A stretch of 64,000 bases of DNA from NCBI GenBank assembly GCA_963693055.1, contig OY843751.1, forward strand, positions 5,472,001-5,536,000, given 5' to 3'. This stretch comes from a bacterium. GTDB lineage: Bacteria > Zhuqueibacterota > Zhuqueibacteria > Residuimicrobiales > Krinioviventaceae. A program made the translations under genes and the position numbers. Under the pieces are notes generated by a model. It was not told where the DNA came from and did no database searches. It saw nothing but the letters and a program-made list of their open reading frames with translations. Shown piece by piece: positions 48,831 through 58,218 of this stretch (positions are counted from its first letter, which is position 1; each line of letters starts with the position of its first letter).

Positions 48831-50120
48831 TTATATCACTGTTCCATCAGGAATTACTGCATTTTTGGTCACAATTACAATTCCATCCCTAATCCAGTAA
48901 CCATTCTTGTCATCTTCATATTCTTCAAGATTATTTTTATTTATAATCCTCACATTCTGACCAATTCTCGCATTCTTGTCAATTATTGCACGTTTAATAA
49001 AGGTATTTTTCCCTATACCCAAAGGGATCTCTCCATTTTCATGTATTTCTTCACGCCTTTCAGCAGATTCAAAATAATCGTTTCCTAAAATCAGAGAATC
49101 TTCAATGGTCACATTTTCTGACACAAAAGAACGAACACCCAAAATTGAACGTCTGATTTTGGCATTGATCACTATACATCCTTCAGAGATCATGGTCTCT
49201 GTCAATTCCGTATTTACCAGCTTGCAGGGAGGTAAAAAGCGTTGACGCGTAAAAATAGGGGCATTGGTTTCATAAAAACTAAAATCGGGATTATCGTACT
49301 TTGTAAGATCAATATTACATTGATAATATGCACCAATGGTACCAATATCTTCCCAGTAATCATTAAACAGATATGCCTGAACGTTATATTCACCAATAGC
49401 ATGAGGGATAATCTCTTTACCAAAATCCTGCTGGTCTACCAGTTCAGTCAAAAGTTTAATTAACGCGTCCCGTTTAAACACATAGATTCCCATAGACGCA
49501 ATATAAGGTTTGCGTTCTGCCTCTTCAGGAGTTAGCCCCAACACCGTAGTATCAACTTTCATTTCCTGTAAAGCCTGACCCTTTGGCTTTTCTGAAAATT
49601 CTACAATGGCACCTTTGTCATCAATTTTCATTAATCCAAAATCAGAAGCTTTTTCTTCTTCAACCGGAACAACAGATATTGTGAGATCTGCTTTAGAATC
49701 CCGATGCTTTTTAATAAAAGGACGGTAATCCATACGATACAAATGATCTCCGGATAATATCAAAAATTCACTTACCGGAACTTCTTTTATCGTATGTAAA
49801 TATTGTCGGACAGCATCAGCAGTACCCTGAAACCAATCAGAACGTTCAGGAGTTTGCTGAGCAGCAAGTATCTCAATAAATCCCTCAGAAAAGGGTGAAA
49901 AATGATACGTCAGGCCAACATGTCTGTTCAAAGACGCAGAATTAAATTGGGTCATGATATAAATCTTTTGGATGCCTGAATTGATACTGTTACTGATGGG
50001 GATGTCAATCAGTCTGTACTTTCCGGCCAGGGGAACTGCAGGTTTTGCCCTGAGTTTTGTCAGTGGATGTAGACGTGTACCTCTACCCCCTCCCAAAATG
50101 ATAGTCATCACGTTGCGCAT
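48831..50120 (-). CDS. glgC: Glucose-1-phosphate adenylyltransferase (ADP-glucose pyrophosphorylase)
   Basis: [32 protein letters not shown] and YWEDIGT motifs. Confidence 0.97.
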   Translation of the reverse strand: MRNVMTIILGGGRGTRLHPLTKLRAKPAVPLAGKYRLIDIPISNSINSGIQKIYIMTQFNSASLNRHVGLTYHFSPFSEGFIEILAAQQTPERSDWFQGTADAVRQYLHTIKEVPVSEFLILSGDHLYRMDYRPFIKKHRDSKADLTISVVPVEEEKASDFGLMKIDDKGAIVEFSEKPKGQALQEMKVDTTVLGLTPEEAERKPYIASMGIYVFKRDALIKLLTELVDQQDFGKEIIPHAIGEYNVQAYLFNDYWEDIGTIGAYYQCNIDLTKYDNPDFSFYETNAPIFTRQRFLPPCKLVNTELTETMISEGCIVINAKIRRSILGVRSFVSENVTIEDSLILGNDYFESAERREEIHENGEIPLGIGKNTFIKRAIIDKNARIGQNVRIINKNNLEEYEDDKNGYWIRDGIVIVTKNAVIPDGTVI

Positions 50121-50218
50121 ACAACTCTCCCTTTTATTAAGCTGATGTTAAACTCAAGTATAATTCAATATAGAAAGTAATTTATAGAAATGCCATAAGA
50201 AAAAGAAAATATATTTAT

Positions 50219-50243
50219 AAAAAAAAGCCGCTTTCGCGGCCTT
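50219..50243 (-). terminator. Intrinsic terminator after smc-GWxTD
   Basis: GCCGC-GAAA-GCGGC followed by a T-run on the minus strand. Confidence 0.8.
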
Positions 50244-50246
50244 TTC

Positions 50247-51752
50247 TTAATACATATTACTATTATAAGTAGATTCGTTATCAGGATATATCCAACGCTG
50301 CCATTGGGCATCGTACAACTCGCCTCGAGCGGTAGAGTGTACCAATTCAAAATCTCCCATACCCCGGCGGTCAACAAAAGCAAAAGCTACACCACCCTGT
50401 AAATAATGATATTGCCAGATCTCATAAGGCCGTGTTTCCATGCCTGACGGATGTCTTTCAACTTCATCAGGTTCACCATAGATAAGCAATATTCTTCCAC
50501 GGTCACTTTTCCAGCCTTCTTTAAAACCACCTTTATAATTGTTATTGGCCTTTTTAACCCGACCCAAATAATCTTCTTTAAATTCATTTGCATCTGTTCC
50601 GGGTGTTCTGTCTCTTCTTGACCAAAAAGACCTTATAAACTCTTTTTTTCCATCATGATTTAATCGTTTATAGGTTGATTTTTCTTCCCGGGTTGCAATA
50701 TACTTGGCTATATCAAATTCTTTATCAATTTCTTTTTCAGACATTACATCATAACGATGCGCGTCCAGTCCGGCACTTCCTTCTCCTGTGATTTCTTCCT
50801 TGTTGGCATACAACTCTCCACCTTCTTTGAAATCACCATCACGGTAAACATAAAATTTACGTTTAAAATTGGCTTTCTGGCCTGACCCTTTATCTTCCAC
50901 AATAGTATTCAAAGTATAAGGCCCCGAAACCAATGTGACTACATTAATACTATTAACCTCTACCGAAGATTTGCCGGGTTTTTTTCTCAATTTTTCAGGT
51001 AATGATTTTACTTCTTTACCATCCCGATCAGAGATAGTATAGGAAACACCATAATACTGACCCGAATCAGATTCCGATGGAACCAAATTATAAACTTCTG
51101 CATAGCAATAAAGCATTGGAAGCCCTATTCCATACAAATAAGATGGATTGGGTATAATTTGAAATCCATTTTTAACAAATGGATTATTTGCCTCACTTCT
51201 TGATATGGAAGATGCAAATTGAACATCAGAAATTAATAATTTTTCATTATCAAAAGGATCTATTTTGACAGGAAACTCTCCACGCGCAACGCTATTTTCA
51301 TTATTAGGATCAGAAACTTTAACTTTGAGTTTATAATCTCCAGGATTTAGTACAAAGCTGCTGATGGTATATAAACGCTGGTTGTAATTTATTTGTCCCA
51401 GGCTGTCTACTGTGTTTGCATTCATCCACTCTTTTTGAGAAATAACCGAATCACCCTGCACAAGCTCCGATGAAACCATAAATTTCCCCATGTATTGATT
51501 ATTCTCAGTTTCAACAAACTGTAACATGGATTGAAAAATCGCAATTGAATATTCCAGATAGGTTAAACTGTCTGCATATCTGAAACGGTTCATATCCAGG
51601 GCAAATTCAAACCGTTGAGTTCCAACTGCAGAACTATCTTCTGCCGCAGGGGTGGCAGCTTCATTTTGAGCAAACAACAGGGATACATCGCTTGTCAGCA
51701 ATATTACCAGACTGACAATAAGAAAAAGCCCTTTAACTTTGTTGTTTTGCAT
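50247..51752 (-). CDS. GWxTD domain-containing exported protein
   Basis: Signal peptide; FW..RD.TP.T..NE....Y..R...AN and GWKSDRGRI...YG.P motifs. Confidence 0.88.
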   Translation of the reverse strand: MQNNKVKGLFLIVSLVILLTSDVSLLFAQNEAATPAAEDSSAVGTQRFEFALDMNRFRYADSLTYLEYSIAIFQSMLQFVETENNQYMGKFMVSSELVQGDSVISQKEWMNANTVDSLGQINYNQRLYTISSFVLNPGDYKLKVKVSDPNNENSVARGEFPVKIDPFDNEKLLISDVQFASSISRSEANNPFVKNGFQIIPNPSYLYGIGLPMLYCYAEVYNLVPSESDSGQYYGVSYTISDRDGKEVKSLPEKLRKKPGKSSVEVNSINVVTLVSGPYTLNTIVEDKGSGQKANFKRKFYVYRDGDFKEGGELYANKEEITGEGSAGLDAHRYDVMSEKEIDKEFDIAKYIATREEKSTYKRLNHDGKKEFIRSFWSRRDRTPGTDANEFKEDYLGRVKKANNNYKGGFKEGWKSDRGRILLIYGEPDEVERHPSGMETRPYEIWQYHYLQGGVAFAFVDRRGMGDFELVHSTARGELYDAQWQRWIYPDNESTYNSNMY

Positions 51753-51770
51753 GGTTACCCTCCTTTTAAA

Positions 51771-54700
51771 TTATTCGGCAGGTACTGCCTGTTCATTTTG
51801 GGTTATTTCCAGTGCAGAATCAAATTTGACCGAAACCACTTTTGAAACACCCTGCTCTTGCATGGTTACACCATATAGCTGCTTTGCAGCCCGCATGGTA
51901 AGCTTGTTATGGGTAACAACAATAAACTGGGTATTTTCCGAGTATTCCTGCAATGCCTTTGCAAAACGGTTCACATTTAAATCATCCAGTGGTGCATCAA
52001 CCTCGTCAAAAATACAAAATGGACTGGGTTTTACAAGATAAATGGCAAACAAGAGGGAAACAGCGGTCAATGACTTTTCACCACCAGACATAAGTGCCAA
52101 TGAGGATAATCTTTTACCACCCGGTGTAGCAAAAATATCAATATCTGCCTCAAGTGGATCATCACCCTCTCTCAGAACAATATCAGCTCTCCCACCCTCA
52201 AAAAATGTTTTAAAAACCTCTGAAAAATTCTTTTTTATTTCTTCAAATGTACCAACAAACTTGTCCCTGGCCGTTTTGTTAATCAGGGTAATTGCGTCTT
52301 TAAGATCTTGGCGCGCCTTGATTAAATCGTCTCGTTGGGTTGTTAAAAATTCAAGACGTTCCTTTTCCTTTTCAAATTCTTTCAATGCTAAAAGGTTTAC
52401 AGGACCAAACGCTTTAATCTTTTCTTTTAACTGCGTTATAGTGTCTTTAGTTTCAGCATAATCAAAATTTTCTTCAACAAGTTCTTTTTTTAATGTATAT
52501 TCATATTCTTCAATCATTCTGCTTTTCAGGTTCTCTACATTCATTTTCAACTCTGAAATGCGCAATTCTACCTGGTGAACAGATTCAGACAATACTTCAG
52601 ATCTTGATCTTATACTTTTAATATCTTTTTCATTCACATCAACCTGAACGTTGATCTGGTATTGCTGTTCTTTTAACGATTCAAGACTTTTATGTATCTC
52701 TTCCCGCTTTTCTGCAAGCTCTTTAATATTTTCCTGATACGTTTTATTTATCTCATCAAGCTCTTCTATTTCTTCACCGGCACGACGTGTTTCTTCTTCA
52801 CGAAGCTGGATCATCCGGTTCGCTTCATGCAACTGATTTTGTAAGGAATCAACCTCTCGCTGACGAGATTCATAAACACTTTGCATTTTCGCAACTTTGA
52901 CCTGCATTTCCTGAACTATGCCGGCTGCCTGATTCAACTTGTCTTCAAGCACCTTTTGTTCTTCATTCAAGACCTGGGTCTGTTCTGCAACTTTTTGACG
53001 CTTGGTTTCAATATCCTGAGTATCTGAACTTTTATTTTTCAGGTTTTCATCAACCTGCCCCATTTGTTTTATCAGGTTTTGCTTTTCATTATCCCGGTCT
53101 TTTAGCAGCTCTTTAATTGATTGCTCTTCAAACTGCATTTGACCCAATTCAAGACGCTTTGACGATACAAGTTCTTCCAGGCTATGAATAGAAACGGACA
53201 ATGCCTCAGCTTCGGAAGCAGCTGCGCTGATCTGCTCATTGCGTTGAGCAATAATCAAACGTCTCTGTTCTACAGTTGCTTTCAACTGTTCAATCTCTTC
53301 CAAAAGCTCTTTTAATTGCTCTTCACGCCCTACAAAGTCCAGTTGCTTTTTATTCAGGCTACCGCCTTTAACAATACCCCAGTAACCCAGTACTTCTCCA
53401 TTTAATGTAACCAGGTTGGTTTTATGTCCTTTAAAAGAATCAAACAACCTGTTGGCAGTTTCAAGATCTTGCACAATCAAAAAATTACCGAGAAGTAAAT
53501 CTAAAATGGGTTGATATTGAGGTTCACATTGCACAACCTGGTTCGCCCAGCCAATAATTCCCAGGTCATCAATTTTGGGTTGATCAAGCACGGATGCTTT
53601 AATTCGTTTAAAAGGCAGAAAAGATGCTGTTCCCTTTTTATCCTGCTGTAACAAACCAATACCGTTAAAAGCTGTATTCATATCTTCAACGATCAAATAT
53701 GTGGCAGCATCACCCAATGCGGCGGCAACTGCCGGACGATATTCTTGCGGCATGTGCAAAAGATTGGCAATAGCACCAAATGTATGAAAATGATCAGTCT
53801 GATTGGTGGCAAGATATCGAACCCCTGCCGGGTAATCCTGGTAGCTTTCCAGCAACCGCTTAACCATTTCAGCCTGATTTTCAAGCACTTCAATACGGTT
53901 CCTGTCCTGCATCTCTGATTTTTGCAGACTTTCCAAAGAGCTTTTTGCTTCAAGGGTCTCTTTGTTTATTTTATCAAGGTTACTTTTTTTCTTTTGTAAC
54001 TCTTCTTCAAGGGATTGTTTTTGTTCATCAGTAGATTTGATCTGCTCAACCAACTCGCCCAGTCGTCGGGTTTGGTTTTCGCTTTCTTCAGTAATCTGCT
54101 TTAAACGGCTGCTCAGGTTTTCCTCGGTAGCTTTTAAGCGCTCACCTTCGTTTTGGGTACGGCTTAATTCTTCGGTATACCGAAGCACGAGCATTTCCGC
54201 TTCTTTTACCTGACTGCGTTTTTGTTCATACTCTTCACGTAAATTTTTAAACTGATCGTTATGAATTTCATATTTTTCCTGAGCTGCCAAATGTTCTTTT
54301 TTGGCATTTTTTAGGTCATAATGAGATTCATCGCTGGTTGTTGCAAGTTCTTCCGCGCGGGTTTTTTGCACTTTTTGTTCTTCAACATAACGGTCGCAAG
54401 CTTCTTTCAAACTGCGAATACGTTCACTGTTTACAAGAATACGTTCTTCAAATTTTTGTATTTCGTGATTCTTTGTATTATAATCCCGCTGGCCTTCTGA
54501 TAATTTCTTTTCAAGATCCAGCAGTGTATTGCGAAGAGACTCGAAGGAAGTTTCATGCTTTACAAGATTGGTAGATATTCCTTCACGCTCATCACGTATT
54601 ACATTAAATTTTTCCTGCAAAGGATCAAGCTCATTCATCAATCTTGCATATTCATATTCTGCAAACAAAATTTCCAGTTTTTTCAACTCGCCGGAATATT

Positions 54701-55349
54701 CCTGATATTTTTCAGCTTTGGAAACCTGCCTTCGTAAAGACCGGGTGGTTTTTTCCACTTCTGACAAAATATCTTCTATACGAAGCAGATCTTTTTCTGT
54801 ACTTTCCAGCTTTCTCAAAGACGCTTTGCGACGAATTTTATACTTTGTTATTCCTGCTGCCTCTTCAAATATTTTTCTTCGTTCTTCAGGCTTACCGTTC
54901 AACAAACGTTCAACCTGGGGCAGCTCTATTACAGAATAAGAACCCAAGGCCATTCCCGTATCCATAAACAAATCGTTTATGTCTTTTAAACGACATTGGT
55001 TTCCATTAATCAAATACTGACTTTCACCGGAACGAAACAAACGTCGGGTAATCACAACCTCAGAATAATCAACAGGCAAAAGATTGTTGGTATTTTCGAC
55101 CTTGAGAGATACTTCAGCCATACCTACCGGTTTTGCGCTCGCGGATCCGGCAAAAATAACATTATCCATTTTATCACTACGTAAAACGCCACTTTTTTGC
55201 TCACCCATTACCCATCGAATGGCGTCTACTATATTGCTTTTACCACAGCCATTAGGCCCCACAATAGCCGTCATACCATCATGAAAAACCACATGAGTTT
55301 TTTTGGCAAAAGACTTGAATCCCACAACATTTAGTTCTGCTAACTTCAC
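51771..55349 (-). CDS. smc: Chromosome segregation protein SMC
   Basis: GFKSF, GPNGCGKSN, long coiled coils with a hinge, MSGGEK and DEVDAPLD. Confidence 0.98.
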   Translation of the reverse strand: MKLAELNVVGFKSFAKKTHVVFHDGMTAIVGPNGCGKSNIVDAIRWVMGEQKSGVLRSDKMDNVIFAGSASAKPVGMAEVSLKVENTNNLLPVDYSEVVITRRLFRSGESQYLINGNQCRLKDINDLFMDTGMALGSYSVIELPQVERLLNGKPEERRKIFEEAAGITKYKIRRKASLRKLESTEKDLLRIEDILSEVEKTTRSLRRQVSKAEKYQEYSGELKKLEILFAEYEYARLMNELDPLQEKFNVIRDEREGISTNLVKHETSFESLRNTLLDLEKKLSEGQRDYNTKNHEIQKFEERILVNSERIRSLKEACDRYVEEQKVQKTRAEELATTSDESHYDLKNAKKEHLAAQEKYEIHNDQFKNLREEYEQKRSQVKEAEMLVLRYTEELSRTQNEGERLKATEENLSSRLKQITEESENQTRRLGELVEQIKSTDEQKQSLEEELQKKKSNLDKINKETLEAKSSLESLQKSEMQDRNRIEVLENQAEMVKRLLESYQDYPAGVRYLATNQTDHFHTFGAIANLLHMPQEYRPAVAAALGDAATYLIVEDMNTAFNGIGLLQQDKKGTASFLPFKRIKASVLDQPKIDDLGIIGWANQVVQCEPQYQPILDLLLGNFLIVQDLETANRLFDSFKGHKTNLVTLNGEVLGYWGIVKGGSLNKKQLDFVGREEQLKELLEEIEQLKATVEQRRLIIAQRNEQISAAASEAEALSVSIHSLEELVSSKRLELGQMQFEEQSIKELLKDRDNEKQNLIKQMGQVDENLKNKSSDTQDIETKRQKVAEQTQVLNEEQKVLEDKLNQAAGIVQEMQVKVAKMQSVYESRQREVDSLQNQLHEANRMIQLREEETRRAGEEIEELDEINKTYQENIKELAEKREEIHKSLESLKEQQYQINVQVDVNEKDIKSIRSRSEVLSESVHQVELRISELKMNVENLKSRMIEEYEYTLKKELVEENFDYAETKDTITQLKEKIKAFGPVNLLALKEFEKEKERLEFLTTQRDDLIKARQDLKDAITLINKTARDKFVGTFEEIKKNFSEVFKTFFEGGRADIVLREGDDPLEADIDIFATPGGKRLSSLALMSGGEKSLTAVSLLFAIYLVKPSPFCIFDEVDAPLDDLNVNRFAKALQEYSENTQFIVVTHNKLTMRAAKQLYGVTMQEQGVSKVVSVKFDSALEITQNEQAVPAE

Positions 55350-55549
55350 TATTATCCTAATATTAAAAATTTATACAAAATCAAAAACGAATACCTAAAA
55401 CTAAACAAGATACGACCCACAGCGTCAAAAATCAAGTATATTTTCCGGTAAAATTTGTACCGCTTTCCTTCTGTAAGATAAATTTACTATAACCTGATAT
55501 TTTTTTTATTTTCATATAGATATATTATTGTTAAATTTATACAACAATA

Positions 55550-55897
55550 ATGAAAGGTACTTTAATGGAAAAAAATTCAAAACGGGTTTATTCCACCAAT
55601 CCTCATACTAGAATAGAACAGGAAACCCAGGCAGAAATTCCTGACAAGCCATTATCGGGGCAAACCGTCAAGATCCGTATTGACAGTAAAGGACGTAAAG
55701 GAAAAAGTGTTACGATTATTGAAGGATTACAGGTGAATCCAACCCATTTGAACGATATTGCCCGCCAGCTAAAACAATTACTGGGAACTGGTGGAACCGC
55801 AAAACAAGGTGTAATAGAAATACAGGGTGACAGACGTGAACAAATCATCACCCATTTGGAAAAATTAGGTGTCAAATGTAAAAAAGTGGGTGGATGA
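55550..55897 (+). CDS. yciH: Translation initiation factor SUI1/YciH family protein
   Basis: VYST, KGRKGK.VT, LK...GTGG and IEIQGD motifs. Confidence 0.92.
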   Translation: MKGTLMEKNSKRVYSTNPHTRIEQETQAEIPDKPLSGQTVKIRIDSKGRKGKSVTIIEGLQVNPTHLNDIARQLKQLLGTGGTAKQGVIEIQGDRREQIITHLEKLGVKCKKVGG

Positions 55898-55918
55898 TCT
55901 CCCCCAGCTTTAGTCTTT

Positions 55919-57568
55919 TTATCGGTTAATAACTATATCCCGAATTGATAAAAATCCATCCAACCTTCTTTGTACCGTAAAAGAATTAGTATCTACAATC
56001 TTGATCTTTACCAGTTGATTTGTACCATTATCACCAATCCAGCATTCACCTGTTGACTTTTCTATGGTTAACACCTGGGGTTTAACAAACTGATAATTTC
56101 CGTTAAGAGCATGTTTTTGCAATACATTGTTTATTTCAAACAGTTCCAAATCTCCGCTTGCATTAATGACCAGCACCATATCAACCAAATTGACTGTAAT
56201 TACACCTAAAAGCTGTGGAGATGCAGACAATGGACTCACTGGCGCCAGCCGTTGGTATGTACCATCGCGGAAACTGAATCGTTCAATCTGATTATCATAC
56301 GTGTCAGCAATAAATACCTGAGATAAATCCACATCAGTCCGATGATGTATAAACAAATCCATGGGGCCATTAAAATCGGTTGTAAAATCCATTGCACCTT
56401 CGCCCATAACAGTATCTCCCAGGGCAATCATATGGTGTAACGAATCCGGCAGTGTATCAACGCCTTCTGTTATATTGAATTGAATTACACGGTTATTGCC
56501 TTCTTCTACTATCCACACATCACCATTATATTGATTGATATCTATTTGCGTTGGTTGTTCAAAACCATAAATGGTTTTCTCTACATTACCCGTGCGCTGA
56601 TCAATGACAGTAACAGTACCATCATTATAACTCAACGCCCACAATTTTTGTGTATATTGGTGTAACGCTATATCAATCACATGAGAAATTCCGGAATAGG
56701 TTTCAAGCTGATTGCCATTATAATCCAGCTTATATACCTGATCAGAACCCTGATCTGCCACAAAGCATCCACCTAGCTCGTCAACAGCACCTGCAATTGC
56801 AACAGGGGAAGAAAACGACTGTGAGGAAGTCAAAATCTTGTATCCATTACTGGTATATTTGGTCAGTGTTTTATGGTCGCTATCAACAACCCATAACGAT
56901 CCATAATTCGAGTATACAAGAACATCCAGTGTATCAGAAGAAGTAAAATTTAACTCATCAGAAACAAAAACCGCAATTTTGTAAACCTCCGATCCACCGG
57001 TATTTGATGGAGATGTCCAGACTGCTGTAGAATCTGTATCTTCAGCATGGTCTAACTCACCTGTCTCATCTAATACTTTGAATAAATAGGTCAACTCACC
57101 GCCTTCAGGGTCTGTAGCACTACAAGCCAAATTTACAGAGTTACCAGACACAACATGCTCAGAGCTCACGGTAAAAGAATTGATTTTGGGCGGAGCGTTA
57201 CCCACGTAAATGATAACTTCTTTATGGGCCACTCCTTCTTTGGTATCTGTTGCTGTAGCTATAATAGATACAGTAGCAGTATCCATGGGTGCAGTCCAGT
57301 CAATAGATGTACCATGCGTTTGCGACAATTCACCGGCAGAGACTTCCCAGGTAACGGTTACCTCGTCATTCTCATCAGGATCATAAATTTCAGCTGTAAT
57401 GGTCTGAGTGGTACCTATATCAGGAGTAGTATCTTCTACTTTTAATAATATAGTCGGACGGGTATTGGGTTCAACACCCGTTAATGTATCATATAATTCA
57501 CATCCCCACATACCAGAGGCCACCAGAACTATTAGAATTTTGAGAACGTGTTTCATTAAATTATCCAT
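55919..57568 (-). CDS. Lipoprotein with two Ig/PKD-like domains and an NHL-like beta-propeller
   Basis: Lipobox-like ASGMWGC; two A.DP(D/E)...W.(A/S)P Ig-like units; repeats of WV.D..N..(V/L) with P..I. Confidence 0.7.
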   Translation of the reverse strand: MDNLMKHVLKILIVLVASGMWGCELYDTLTGVEPNTRPTILLKVEDTTPDIGTTQTITAEIYDPDENDEVTVTWEVSAGELSQTHGTSIDWTAPMDTATVSIIATATDTKEGVAHKEVIIYVGNAPPKINSFTVSSEHVVSGNSVNLACSATDPEGGELTYLFKVLDETGELDHAEDTDSTAVWTSPSNTGGSEVYKIAVFVSDELNFTSSDTLDVLVYSNYGSLWVVDSDHKTLTKYTSNGYKILTSSQSFSSPVAIAGAVDELGGCFVADQGSDQVYKLDYNGNQLETYSGISHVIDIALHQYTQKLWALSYNDGTVTVIDQRTGNVEKTIYGFEQPTQIDINQYNGDVWIVEEGNNRVIQFNITEGVDTLPDSLHHMIALGDTVMGEGAMDFTTDFNGPMDLFIHHRTDVDLSQVFIADTYDNQIERFSFRDGTYQRLAPVSPLSASPQLLGVITVNLVDMVLVINASGDLELFEINNVLQKHALNGNYQFVKPQVLTIEKSTGECWIGDNGTNQLVKIKIVDTNSFTVQRRLDGFLSIRDIVINR

Positions 57569-57570
57569 TA

Positions 57571-58218
57571 CTATTTATAGGTTTCTGATACAATATAAAT
57601 TATTCTAGACAATACCGCTTCAAACGAAAAAAAAGTCTGATTTTCAATAATCCAGGTTGCAGAAGCATCAGGATCAATATAATTAAAATCGGATGTTAAT
57701 TTTTGCACCGTTGTCCAAGATGCTTTGTATTGACGTGTAAAATATTGTGATTGCGTTTTCATCAACAACATATCCCGCCAGTCAATATTCGTATCATAAT
57801 TGAATACATATTTAGGAAAAGATTTAACAAAATAATCAACGAGTGGAGTAATCTCGTCAAATCTCTCCTGATTAAATTTTGCCAGTATAATACCAGCACG
57901 GCAATCTGATTCAGGAGCAGCGTCTGTCATTGCATTTTCCAAAGCATTAATGGCAAGCTGATAATGATTGCTGCCTTTCATTAACAATGACCACCCTTTA
58001 CCCAAATTGGCATTACCATTTGAAGGTTCTTTAACCAGTGCCTGATCAAAATATGACTTGGCATTATCATATTTATAATTTTCGAATTCATTCCAGCCGG
58101 AACTCAATAGTTCGTCTACACTTGAACCTGAACCACCCGGGTTATCCGGTTCTGTGGGACTTGAACCGCAATGGAAAGACAGAATTCCAGCAATCAATAT
58201 ATACATTAATCTCTTCAT
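57571..58218 (-). CDS. TPR-containing lipoprotein
   Basis: Signal ending LSFHC-GSSPTEP; GW..F....Y..A...F..AL...P...NA.LG.GW (TPR). Confidence 0.72.
   Translation of the reverse strand: MKRLMYILIAGILSFHCGSSPTEPDNPGGSGSSVDELLSSGWNEFENYKYDNAKSYFDQALVKEPSNGNANLGKGWSLLMKGSNHYQLAINALENAMTDAAPESDCRAGIILAKFNQERFDEITPLVDYFVKSFPKYVFNYDTNIDWRDMLLMKTQSQYFTRQYKASWTTVQKLTSDFNYIDPDASATWIIENQTFFSFEAVLSRIIYIVSETYK

Noticed and set aside
50183-50197. TGGCA sigma54-like half site upstream of glgC
   Set aside because: No GC at the -12 position (TGGCATTTCTATAAA).
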